64,000 nt of DNA from positions 552-64,551 of the forward strand of contig RFHU01000278.1 of NCBI GenBank assembly GCA_003695705.1, read 5' to 3'. The notes beneath the pieces were generated by a model, which saw nothing but the letters and a program-made list of their open reading frames with translations, was not told the DNA's origin and made no database searches. The position numbers were made by a program, and so were the translations under genes. Origin of the DNA: Planctomycetota bacterium. Lineage in GTDB: Bacteria > Planctomycetota > J058. The first letter of the stretch is position 1; each line of letters begins with the position of its first letter. Shown piece after piece: positions 36,173 to 45,056 of this stretch.

Positions 36173-37143
36173 CCCCGCAAGTCCTCCTCGCCCTGCTCCT
36201 CTGCCTCGTGGGGACCCTCGGCTCGGGCCTCTTCTCGGGGGCCGAGACGGCGGCCTACCGCTTCAACCGAACCAGGCACCGCTTGCGTCTCGCCGAGGGC
36301 AGTCGGCGCGCGCTGCTGGTGCAGTCGCTCACGGCCGACTTGCCCGGCTTCCTGGTGGTGTGCTTGGTCGGTACCAACCTGTGCAACTCCCTCGTCTCCA
36401 CCGCCGCCACCCTCGCGGTCGGACGCAGTACCTCCCTGCCCCCCGAGCTGGTTTCCACGCTCACCGTGGCCCCTGCCTTGTTCATTCTCGGAGAGCTGGC
36501 TCCGAAGGAGCTCTTCCGCCGTCACGCCGACCGCATGCTCTACGCCGCGGCACCGGCGCTCAAGCTCTCCTCCGTTCTCTTCTGGCCCGTGGTGCGCGGG
36601 CTCGGTTTCATCCACCGCGCCCTCGAGGCGCTGGGGCTGAATGGTCAGGACGACTCCTTCGGCCGCGAAGAGCGCCTGCGGCAGGCCATTGCCGCCGGAC
36701 TCGAGGGCGGGACCCTGACCGCCTACCAGGGGACCGTCGCCCGAAACATCTTCTCGCTGCGCATGCGCCGCGTGCGCCACGCGATGGTTCCCTTCGCGCG
36801 GGTCGACGTCCTCGAAGACAACCTCGACCTTCCGGCGGCGCGGGCCCGCGCCCGCGCCACTCCCCGCGGTCGCTACCCCCTCCTGCGGGCCTCGGACGGA
36901 TTCGCCCTCGGGGTCATCGACCTCTACGACTTGGTCTTCGAGGACCGGCCGGGCGCGTGCCTGCGCGACTACCTGCGCCCTGCCCCCGTCCTCCGACCGG
37001 ACGAGCGCGTCGCGGAGGCCCTTCTCCGTCTCCGCCGCGAGCGGGCGCCGTTGGCGCTCGTAGGGGACCCGCGGCGCCCGCTCGGCATCGTGACCCTGAA
37101 GGACCTCGTCGAGGAGATCACCGGCGAGCTCCAGGACCTGTGA
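36169..37143 (+). CDS. CNNM-type DUF21-CBS protein (second paralog, no CorC_HlyC domain)
   Basis: GTG at 36169 overlaps the upstream stop (GTGA). LFSGAETAAYRF, ILGELAPKELF, RRVRHAMVPFARVD, PLGIVTLKDLVEEITGEL. Confidence 0.85.
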   Translation: MTPQVLLALLLCLVGTLGSGLFSGAETAAYRFNRTRHRLRLAEGSRRALLVQSLTADLPGFLVVCLVGTNLCNSLVSTAATLAVGRSTSLPPELVSTLTVAPALFILGELAPKELFRRHADRMLYAAAPALKLSSVLFWPVVRGLGFIHRALEALGLNGQDDSFGREERLRQAIAAGLEGGTLTAYQGTVARNIFSLRMRRVRHAMVPFARVDVLEDNLDLPAARARARATPRGRYPLLRASDGFALGVIDLYDLVFEDRPGACLRDYLRPAPVLRPDERVAEALLRLRRERAPLALVGDPRRPLGIVTLKDLVEEITGELQDL

Positions 37144-37556
37144 GGCCTCTCGGAGGGCCCCGTGCGCGGCGCATCCTCGGCGGCGCGCTCGGGCGGCCGC
37201 GGAGCGCCGGGGGCCTTTCAGCGCCCCACGGCCACGGAAGATGGTTCGCGGAGGGGCCTTCGTTCGGGGCGCCGCGCTCCGCGGCGCGTTCAGGGATCCC
37301 GGCCTTTCGCGTACCCGGCTCCCTCGGGCCGGACCTCCGAACCGGTTCGGGGGATCCACGACCGCAACCGTCGTCGGTCGCGAGCCGGAGGTGGCGGATC
37401 CTTCGCACCGCGCGCATCGCTTGACTCGACAGCCGGCCTGCCGGTACCCGCCGTCGGCTCCTTGTGCGCGCGTCGCCCTGCGGCCGACGCGCTCCCGCAG
37501 CGCCCCCGGGCGCCGGATTCCGGATCCGAGTCGACCGGTGCCTGCGACGGAGCGGA

Positions 37557-37859
37557 TCAGCCCGGGTCCGCGAGTCGCGCGCGAACCTCGGCCTCGCAGA
37601 GGCCATCGATGCGGATGGTCTTCGACCGCGATGCCTCACCGGACACCAGGGAGACTTGCGCTCGCCGCACGCCGAGTCGCCGGGCGAGGAAGCGGGTGAG
37701 TTCCTTGTTCGCTTTGCCCTTCTCCGGCGGCGCAGCGACGGCCACCTTGAGGGCGCCGCCCAGCACGCCTTGAATGGCCGAACGGGCCGCTCCGGGGCGC
37801 GCGGCGACGCGCACCAGGACTCCGGAATCCGACGGGACGAGCTCCAGCCGGCCGCTCAT
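37557..37859 (-). CDS. DUF167 (YggU) family protein
   Basis: ATG at 37859 overlaps the kinase stop (ATGA). VRVAARPGAARSAIQGV...LKVAVAAPPEKGKANKELTRFLARRLGV is the family signature. Confidence 0.85.
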   Translation of the reverse strand: MSGRLELVPSDSGVLVRVAARPGAARSAIQGVLGGALKVAVAAPPEKGKANKELTRFLARRLGVRRAQVSLVSGEASRSKTIRIDGLCEAEVRARLADPG

Positions 37860-40534
37860 TCCCGCTCCAGGAGTCGCAGGTCGTCGGCCAGGCGGCGCAG
37901 GGAGGGGTCGAGCGCCGTCGCCTCGCTCAGCAAGGCCTCGGCCTCCGCGGGGCGCCCCAGTTCGAAGGCCAAGCAGGCCAGGTCGAGCTTGCCCCGTGGG
38001 TCGAGGGGAACGGATCCGCACAATTCGAGGAGCTGCTCGGGAGTGAACTCGTCTAGGTCGTACGGGCGGACGCGGTGTTCGTATTGGAAGAGGAAGTGGC
38101 GCCCCTCGTAGTCCACCTCGACGATGGGCGCGCGTCGGCGGCCGGCGCCTTTGAATTCGACCTCGAGCTCGAGCGGTCCCTTTCCGCTGCGGGCATACTC
38201 CGCCATGCGCTTCAGGGCACGGGCCGCCGCGGAGAGTCGTTCGCTGCGGACCCGTGCCTGCGCGGCGTGCCGCTCGGTGGTCAGCTTGGCGACTTCGGCG
38301 CGATAGGTCCGCGCGGCGCGAACGAAATCGCGTACGCGCAGGGCGTCGGCGATGAGCGCTCGCGCGCTGGCACGAACCCTGCGGTCGGCCGACTCGGCGG
38401 CTTCTTCGAGCCTGCGCTGCTCCGCGCGCCGGGCCTCGTCGAGCTGCTGGAAGGCCTCGCGCACCTGCGCCTCGAGCTGCGGGAACCCGAGCGGGGGCGT
38501 GACCGGCCGCAGCGCCGCCTTCGCTTCGGCCCACTCCCCGCGCCCGGCGTGGCGGCGCGCGAGCGCCGTGCGCTGCTTGACTTCACGCCGGCAGCGATCG
38601 CGGACCAAGGCCGACAGCTCGTCCACGGCGCGCGGAACGTGTTCTCCGTAGGCTTCTCGGAATTCCGCCAGCCGCTCGTGGGCGGTGGTGTACTTGCCTT
38701 CGCGTTCCTCTGCGAGCAAGGCTTCGAGGCTGCGTTTCAGGCGTCGGGCGCGGCGTCCCGCGTCGGCCTGGAGCTCCGCCCGCCGCTTCTCGGCCTCGCG
38801 CGCGCGGTCGAGGGTCTGGAGCAGTTCGTCGCGCAGCGCTTGCGCTGCGCGCGCGCCTTCCAAGTCGCCACCTGTCTTGATGACTTCGTCGAGGAGGGCG
38901 ACGGCCTGTTCCAGCCGTCTGGTTCGAAGGCCCGCGGCCTCCCCCTCGCCTCGGTCGCGAGCCAGCGCGCGGGCCCGGGCCACTTCCTCCTCGAGGGCAC
39001 GCTCTCGCTCCTCCTGCCGGCGCCGGGCGATCGCCTCCTCTGCGCGGGCAAGCACCGAATTCGCTGCAGCGGCCTCTTCGGGGAAGCCTTCGCTTTCGAG
39101 GCGCTCGGCCAGGGCGCGCGCTTCCTGGAGAGCCTTCTCCGGGTCGCCTCCCGCGAGCAATTGTTCGAGGGCACGAACTTGTGCGCGGGCGCGCTCCTCC
39201 TCGTCGGCCCGGCCCGAGACGACGAGGAAGGTGACCAGGAAGGCGGTCACGAGGAGCGCCGCGGCGCAGCACACGAGTGCCCAAAGCCGCACGGACGACC
39301 CCTCCCGCGGTGGCGGGTCCCCGGCGGCCGAGAGCTCCGGGCTGGGAGCCTCGTCGGGCGCGACCGCATCGATGCGCAAGAGGACCGTCTCTCGGACCGG
39401 ATGCTTGCGCGCGAGCGCCGCCAGGTCGGCCTGGAGCTTGCGCGCGCTGGGCAGGCGCGCTTCGGGGTCCTTGGCCATCAATCGCTCGACCACGGCGACG
39501 ACGTCGCGCGGGACGTCGGGAGCGCGCTCGGCGAGGGGAGGAGGTTCCGCCTCCACGTGCTTGCGCGCGATCTCCGCCGGTGAGGATCCGCTGAAGGGGG
39601 TCTCTCCGCAGAGCAGGTGGTACCAGGTGACGCCGAGGGCGTAGAGATCCGCGCGGTGATCGATCTCCCTTCCCAAGGCCTGCTCGGGGGCGATGTAGTG
39701 GGGCGACCCCGAGACCTGCTCGGGGCGGGTCGAAAAGGTAGCCAGACCGAGGTCGCTGATCTTCACCACCCCGTCGGCGCCGATCATCAAGTTGTCGGGT
39801 TTGATGTCCCGGTGGACGAGGCCGTGCTTCTGCGCGTATTCCAGCCCCCGCGCGGCGTCGAACACGATGGGCAGGGTCTCCTCGAAGGGCAGCCGACCCT
39901 CGGCGCGGAGCCGGTCCTCCACGCTCCCGCCCGCCATGTATTCCATGGAGTAGTAGTGCAGATCGCCTTCCCGCCCCACGTCGAACACGGCGACTAGGTT
40001 GGCGTGGCTGAGTCGCCCGGCGGCCCGCGCCTCGGCGATGAAGCGCTCGATGAGTTGCGGGTCCTTTACCAATTCCGGGGCCAAGGTCTTGAAGGCCACC
40101 GTTCGCTCCAGGGACATCTGCACGGCTTCGTAGACCGTCCCCATGCCTCCGCGCCCGAGGAGGCGGCCGATCCGGTAGCCGGCGACCTCGCGCCCCGTGA
40201 GTTCGCCGCGGCGCGGGGCGCCCTCGGGGCCTTGCGCCTCCTGAAGGAAGTAGACCAGGGTCTCGCCCAAGGCGATCTTGTCGCCCTCCCGCAGCGTGAC
40301 CCGGCCCGCCACCCGTTGCCCGTTGACGAAGGTCCCGTTGGAGGAGCCAAGGTCCTCGAGCACGAACTCCCCGAGGGTGCCCTCGACGCGGAAGTGCTTG
40401 CGCGACGCCTGGGGATCGGAGACGACGAGGTGGTTGCTGCCCTCCCGGCCCACGACGACGGCGCCGTTCGGCTTCAGCCGCAGGCTCTTGCCCTTGGAGC
40501 GCCCTCGCTCGACGACCAACGCGAAGCGGCTCAC
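37856..40534 (-). CDS. FHA-domain Ser/Thr protein kinase with one TM helix and a long coiled-coil/TPR-like C-terminal region
   Basis: GTG at 40534 overlaps the yggS stop (GTGA). FHA motifs GREGSNHLVVSDPQASRKHF...DLGSSNGTFVNG. Kinase motifs GRGGMGTVYEA, AFKTL, HRDIKPDNLMI, DLGLA, APE. Confidence 0.9.
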   Translation of the reverse strand: MSRFALVVERGRSKGKSLRLKPNGAVVVGREGSNHLVVSDPQASRKHFRVEGTLGEFVLEDLGSSNGTFVNGQRVAGRVTLREGDKIALGETLVYFLQEAQGPEGAPRRGELTGREVAGYRIGRLLGRGGMGTVYEAVQMSLERTVAFKTLAPELVKDPQLIERFIAEARAAGRLSHANLVAVFDVGREGDLHYYSMEYMAGGSVEDRLRAEGRLPFEETLPIVFDAARGLEYAQKHGLVHRDIKPDNLMIGADGVVKISDLGLATFSTRPEQVSGSPHYIAPEQALGREIDHRADLYALGVTWYHLLCGETPFSGSSPAEIARKHVEAEPPPLAERAPDVPRDVVAVVERLMAKDPEARLPSARKLQADLAALARKHPVRETVLLRIDAVAPDEAPSPELSAAGDPPPREGSSVRLWALVCCAAALLVTAFLVTFLVVSGRADEEERARAQVRALEQLLAGGDPEKALQEARALAERLESEGFPEEAAAANSVLARAEEAIARRRQEERERALEEEVARARALARDRGEGEAAGLRTRRLEQAVALLDEVIKTGGDLEGARAAQALRDELLQTLDRAREAEKRRAELQADAGRRARRLKRSLEALLAEEREGKYTTAHERLAEFREAYGEHVPRAVDELSALVRDRCRREVKQRTALARRHAGRGEWAEAKAALRPVTPPLGFPQLEAQVREAFQQLDEARRAEQRRLEEAAESADRRVRASARALIADALRVRDFVRAARTYRAEVAKLTTERHAAQARVRSERLSAAARALKRMAEYARSGKGPLELEVEFKGAGRRRAPIVEVDYEGRHFLFQYEHRVRPYDLDEFTPEQLLELCGSVPLDPRGKLDLACLAFELGRPAEAEALLSEATALDPSLRRLADDLRLLERE

Positions 40535-41268
40535 CCGTCGCCTCGGCGAAGAGCGGCGGCGTCCTCCTCGAGCGCTGCCGTCGGCAAGCCTGCGAGGAGG
40601 GCACGGCCGATGCGCACGACGGTGGCGCCTTCCTCGACGGCGACCTCGAGGTCGCCGCTCATTCCCATGGACAGGCCGCCGCTCACCGCGTCGTTCTCCT
40701 CGAGGATGTGCCGCAGGCGCGCGAAGTGCGGTCTTGCGGCTTCGGCCGGACCGGCCGGAGGCATGCCCATCAGGCCAACGATGCGAACGCGCGTCAACCG
40801 AGCGAGCCCCTCCGCCAAGCTCGGCAGGTCCTCCTCGGCGATGCCCGAGGGCTTGTCGGGGTCGAGGCGTACCTGCAGGTAGGCACGCAGCGGCGGGAGC
40901 GACGGGTCGCGGGCGGCGTCGAGTCGCTCGGCGAGTTCGAGTCGGTCGAGGGAGTGCAGGGAGTGGAGCAGCGAGGCGACCTTGCGCGCCTTGTTCCGCT
41001 GCAGGTGGCCCACCATGTGCCAGCGGGCGGGGAACTTCGCGCCCAGCGCCCGCGAGAGCGCCTGCAGCCGGTCCACTCGGTTCTCCCCGAGGTCGTGCTG
41101 CCCGAGTTCGACCAAGCTTCGGGCGTAGTCGGCGCCCGCATACTTCGTGACGGCGACCAGCCGCACCTCCGCGGGATCCCGACCGCAGCGCGCGCACGCG
41201 GCGGCGATGCGCGCGCGCACGGCGGCGAGGTTCTCCTTCAGGCGGCTGCGGTCGCCGGAGTCCAACAC
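40531..41268 (-). CDS. yggS: YggS-family pyridoxal-phosphate homeostasis protein
   Basis: LVAVTKYA (PLP Lys), WHMVGHLQRNKA, LSMGMSGDLEVAVEEGATVVRIG. Confidence 0.9.
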   Translation of the reverse strand: MLDSGDRSRLKENLAAVRARIAAACARCGRDPAEVRLVAVTKYAGADYARSLVELGQHDLGENRVDRLQALSRALGAKFPARWHMVGHLQRNKARKVASLLHSLHSLDRLELAERLDAARDPSLPPLRAYLQVRLDPDKPSGIAEEDLPSLAEGLARLTRVRIVGLMGMPPAGPAEAARPHFARLRHILEENDAVSGGLSMGMSGDLEVAVEEGATVVRIGRALLAGLPTAALEEDAAALRRGDG

Positions 41269-41488
41269 GACGGTCAGTATCGCCGCCCGGAGGAGAGCTG
41301 CACCCCCCGGCGGGCGAGCACCCTTTCGAGGCTCTGGTGGGCGTTCGAGCCTCCCGAAGTCGCTCGAAGAAGACCCGGGCTGCGGTCGGCGCTCCCTCCG
41401 GGGTCGAACGGTCCCGGGCCTCCTCGCGCCGCGCCCGAACTCCTTCCAGGGGCCGGAGCGTCGACGGCTCGTACCGCGGCGCGAACGC

Positions 41489-43885
41489 TCAGCCGCTGGC
41501 TTCGGCGGAGGGGGCCTCGGCGGGCAGCGCGACGTCGCCTTCCTCGTCGAGGTGGATGCGGTCGATGGAGACGATCTCGTACTCGGCGCGTTGTCCGCCG
41601 GGCAGCGAGACGACGGCCTCGTCCCCGACCCGGCGCCCGAGGAGCCCCTGGGCGAGGGCGGAGAGGTGGCTGATGATGGATGGGTCGGCCTCGGTGATGT
41701 CCCAGGGACCGAGGATCTTGTAGACCTCCTCCGTCCCGCTCTCCTTGTTGCGCGCGGTCACCTGGCAGCCGACGCGTACCTCGTCGGTTTCGACGGTCGC
41801 AGGGTCGACCACCGCCACCCGCTCCAGCTCGGCCTGGATGCGGGTCGCCTGCTCGGCGAGGCGCTGCTGCTTCTCTCGGGCCGCATCCAGCTCTGCGTTC
41901 TCGGAGATGTCGCCGAATTCCAGCGCGCGGCCGATCTCCGCGGAGATCTCGACCATCTTGACTTCCATGATCTCGGTGAGTTCGCGCTCTCGCCGCTTCT
42001 TCCCGGCGAGGGTCGAGTAGAGCGGCGGCGGGCCCTCGTCCTGCTCCGCGGCAGTGAGGCTGCCGAGGACGTCGGGATGGTGCTCGAGGACGAATTTCTC
42101 GGTCGCTCGCTGGATGGTGGCCGTCACGGTCGGGCTGTGGCGTACGAGAAGCAGGATGCGCCGCACCTGATCCTCGCCGCTGTTCTGGATCACCTGGGCG
42201 ATGGCGCGCTGGTTCTTGTCGCTGAGGACGGCCCGGAGGGCGTCGACCTTGGCTTTGAGCTCGGCCTTGGTTGCGCGGTCGCTGACCGCCTTGTGCTGCA
42301 AGCTGACGGTATCGAGCACCTGGATCGCTTTGGCGAGGATCTCGGCGTCGCTGCGCTCGGGGAGCACGTCGAGCTTCCCGCTGAGCCGCATGCGCGCGAA
42401 GGCCGCCAGCCCGGCGGGATGCTGGTGCGGCTCGATGAGGATCTTGGTTACGGCCGCGAGGACGACGTCGTCGCGGTGGAGTTGCTTGAGCACCGAGATG
42501 GCCTCGGCGAAGGTCTGGCCGGCCGGGTCGAGGAGGACCGCCTCGAGACAGGCCGCGGCGTGCTCCGGATCGGCCAGGGCAAGCAGTTGCAGCGTCTTGC
42601 GCCGGTATTCGGGGATGGCCATTCCTCCCAGGACCGCAGACACGCCTTCCACGGTGATGGCGCCCAGGAGGGGGAGGATGTGCTCGGGCGTTGCCGAGGG
42701 GAGCGGCTCGCCCGTCTCGGGATCGACGGCGGCCTCGTCCTGCCCTGCTTCGCCGGGGAAGGGCGAAGCGTCCACCGCGTCCGGCCAGAGGGCCGCGACT
42801 TCGCTCTTGAAGTAGGCGGCCTCCAGCTTGCTCGCGAGGAGGTGCTCGGGAGGCGTCTTGGAGGTCTTGCGGCGGCCGAGTTCCAGGGCCGCCAGCACCC
42901 GCGGGAGCCAGCCGGGCGGTTCGCTGGCGCCGTCCTTGCGCTGAGAGATCAGTTCTCGCCGGGCGGTGGAGATCTTCGTCTTGAAGTCGCCGGCGCGCTC
43001 GACCTGGCCGATGATCTCTTCTTCGCGGGTGAGGGCGACCTCGCGCAACTGAATGACGGCGCGCGCTCCCGAGCCGATGTCGATCTTCGGGTCCTCCTTG
43101 GCGAGCTTGCGCGCTCGGCTCCAGAACCGTGTCCAGGCGCTCTTCTCGAGCACTCCGGCGAGCTTCTCCTTGAGGGCGCGCGACTGGAGGCGCTGGTCGG
43201 GGGCTGCCTCGAGCGCCTTCTTCAGGAGCGTGAGGGGTTCTTCCTTGGCCAGGCGCCGCACTTCGTCCTTGTCGGTCCACAGGAGCACGTCGAGGTCGTC
43301 CGGGTCGCGCCGCTCCAGCGCGCGGAGCGCCATGCCCGCCTCCATGCGCTGTCCGCGGTTGGTCGCGAAGTCGATCACGTATTCGCCGGTGCTCGGGTTC
43401 GCCTCGGCCACCTTCCCCACTCCCCAGCCCCGGGAGTGGTAGACGAAGTCTCCCTCCGCGAAGTAGAAGGCCTCGTCCAGGGCCTTCACCGCCTCGCGTA
43501 GGTTCCCCTCGCCCGCAAGGTCGGTCCGGCTGAGGATCGCCTCCAGGCCGGGCCGGTCGGCGTAGCGGCGTCGATACTGGGCCGCGAGCTCGGCGCGAAC
43601 TCCGTCGACCCGCTCCGAATACCCCACCGCCGTACGCAAGAGTTCGAAGAGTTCGTCCTCGCGGCCGCTCGCCTTCAGGGCGTCCTTCAGTCGCAAGAGG
43701 AGCTCCGCCGCCTTGTCGCGGTCGCCTCGCCCGGCGACCTCGGCCGCGATCTTGAGGAAGGTTGGCAACTCGGTGAGCTCTGGGTCCTCCTGCATCAATG
43801 TGTCCCAGAGGGGGTCGAGCTTCTGGGTGTCGCGCGCGCGCGCGGCGCCGAGGATCCGGTTGACGTGCGTGGTGTCGAGTGGCAT
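41489..43885 (-). CDS. Large GreA-domain fusion protein (about 620-aa helical N-terminal region plus a complete C-terminal GreA/GreB module)
   Basis: The C-terminus has GDISENAELDAAREKQ (acidic coiled-coil tip) and IISHLSALAQGLLGRRVGDEAVVSLPGGQRAEYEIVSI (GreA C-domain). ATG at 43885. Confidence 0.85.
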   Translation of the reverse strand: MPLDTTHVNRILGAARARDTQKLDPLWDTLMQEDPELTELPTFLKIAAEVAGRGDRDKAAELLLRLKDALKASGREDELFELLRTAVGYSERVDGVRAELAAQYRRRYADRPGLEAILSRTDLAGEGNLREAVKALDEAFYFAEGDFVYHSRGWGVGKVAEANPSTGEYVIDFATNRGQRMEAGMALRALERRDPDDLDVLLWTDKDEVRRLAKEEPLTLLKKALEAAPDQRLQSRALKEKLAGVLEKSAWTRFWSRARKLAKEDPKIDIGSGARAVIQLREVALTREEEIIGQVERAGDFKTKISTARRELISQRKDGASEPPGWLPRVLAALELGRRKTSKTPPEHLLASKLEAAYFKSEVAALWPDAVDASPFPGEAGQDEAAVDPETGEPLPSATPEHILPLLGAITVEGVSAVLGGMAIPEYRRKTLQLLALADPEHAAACLEAVLLDPAGQTFAEAISVLKQLHRDDVVLAAVTKILIEPHQHPAGLAAFARMRLSGKLDVLPERSDAEILAKAIQVLDTVSLQHKAVSDRATKAELKAKVDALRAVLSDKNQRAIAQVIQNSGEDQVRRILLLVRHSPTVTATIQRATEKFVLEHHPDVLGSLTAAEQDEGPPPLYSTLAGKKRRERELTEIMEVKMVEISAEIGRALEFGDISENAELDAAREKQQRLAEQATRIQAELERVAVVDPATVETDEVRVGCQVTARNKESGTEEVYKILGPWDITEADPSIISHLSALAQGLLGRRVGDEAVVSLPGGQRAEYEIVSIDRIHLDEEGDVALPAEAPSAEASG

Positions 43886-43894
43886 GGCGGTCCT

Positions 43895-44650
43895 TCAAGG
43901 CGTGTCGGGGTGCACGACGCGCAGCAGGGCGTCGTCCCCGAAGCAGGAACGAAGTTGATCGATCAGGGCGGCGCCGGCGCGGTCGACCAGCGGGCGATCC
44001 TTGCCCTCTACGGTGACGAGGACTCGATAGGGGGCCTGGTCCCCGAAGCGCGGGTAGCTGCCAAGCTCCAGCGCGGGAAACTCCGCTTGCAGCCTCTGCA
44101 GGAGCGGAGCTAGGTCCCCCTCCTCCACGTCGAGCTCGCATCGCAGGGAGTGGAAGGGGGACTGGCGGAGAACCTCCTTCCAGGCGTCGAAGAGCAGCCG
44201 ACAGGCCTCCGGAACCCCGGGGAAGCAGTAGACGTTCTCGACGCGGAAGACGGGAACGAAGAAGGGCGCCGGCTGCAGCAGCTCGGCGCCCTCGGGAACC
44301 TCCGCCATGCGGAGGACTTCGGGATTCACTCGCTCCCCGTAGTACTCACGGATGGCGTCGACCAGACGCGGTTCCCGAACCAGCGGCCGACCGAAGGCCC
44401 GGGCGACGGCGGAGAGGGTGACGTCGTCGTGGGTGGGGCCGACGCCGCCGGTGGTGAGGACGAGGTCGGCTTTGCGCCGGGCGTAGTGAAGGGCCTCGAC
44501 GATCTCCTCCTCCTCGTCGCGGACGAAGAGCGAGAGCCTCAGCGCCACGCCGAGGCGCCGCAGCTCGCCCGCGAGGTAGTGCATGTTGCTGTCTCGCGTC
44601 TTGCCCGAGAGCAACTCGTTCCCGATGGCCAGGACGGCAGCGGTCTTCAC
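43895..44650 (-). CDS. MoCF-biosynthesis / CinA N-terminal domain protein (no PncC-type C-terminal domain)
   Basis: GTG at 44650. VKTAAVLAIGNELLSGKTRDSNMHYL, VLTTGGVGPTHDDVT. Confidence 0.8.
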   Translation of the reverse strand: MKTAAVLAIGNELLSGKTRDSNMHYLAGELRRLGVALRLSLFVRDEEEEIVEALHYARRKADLVLTTGGVGPTHDDVTLSAVARAFGRPLVREPRLVDAIREYYGERVNPEVLRMAEVPEGAELLQPAPFFVPVFRVENVYCFPGVPEACRLLFDAWKEVLRQSPFHSLRCELDVEEGDLAPLLQRLQAEFPALELGSYPRFGDQAPYRVLVTVEGKDRPLVDRAGAALIDQLRSCFGDDALLRVVHPDTP

Positions 44651-44660
44651 CCGCGCGGCC

Positions 44661-44855
44661 TCACAGGTCGTCGAACTCGTCCTCTTCGTCGTCTTCGTCG
44701 TATCCGTGTCCGTAATCTTCGTCGTCGAACGTGTCGTCGAAGTCGTCCTCGTCGAATCCCTCGTCGTCGTCGAACTCGTCCTCGTCGTCGAAGTCCTCGA
44801 CGTCGTCGTCGAACTCGTCCTCGTCGCCGAACTCTTCCTCTCCGGGCCGACCCAT
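44661..44855 (-). CDS. Hyperacidic small protein (64 aa, Asp/Glu/Phe-rich)
   Basis: ATG at 44855 lies 5 nt after GGAGG. MGRPGEEEFGDEDEFDDDVEDFDDEDEFDDDEGFDEDDFDDTFDDEDYGHGYDEDDEEDEFDDL. The stop is 10 nt before the next gene start. The alternative Ser/Thr/Arg-rich frame has no RBS. Confidence 0.5.
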   Translation of the reverse strand: MGRPGEEEFGDEDEFDDDVEDFDDEDEFDDDEGFDEDDFDDTFDDEDYGHGYDEDDEEDEFDDL

Positions 44856-45056
44856 CGTCGCCTCCGCGGGCAGGGCGCACATCTGAACACAAGCCCGGCG
44901 AAGCGCAACGCCAGCTGCACGAAAGCCCGCGTCGCCGGGACGTTGCACGGGGCCGCCCTGCAGGCGCTTCGGTTCGGCAGCTCGGGGAGCGCCCGCCACG
45001 TGTCCGCGGAGCGCCACCGCGTGGTCGGCGTTGCCGGGGTTGGCGATGGAGCTGCG

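Noticed and set aside
37144-37556. Long non-coding gap checked for RNase P RNA, tmRNA, SRP RNA or 6S RNA
   Set aside because: I found none of the conserved motifs I know on either strand, such as GAGGAAAGTCC of RNase P or a tmRNA-type tRNA-like end. It is kept only as an unexplained-structure finding.
41274-44141. 955-aa minus-strand ORF in an alternative frame of the GreA-fusion gene
   Set aside because: It is extremely Arg/Pro/Gly-rich. The 41489-43885 frame contains the complete GreA module and a balanced composition.
43895-44920. Ser/Thr/Arg-rich N-terminal extension of the CinA-N-like ORF (341 aa as listed)
   Set aside because: The family normally starts right at the xKxAxIIxIGxEL strand, which corresponds to the GTG at 44650. 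The upstream TSSTTTSRT-type stretch is the acidic ORF DNA read in another frame.
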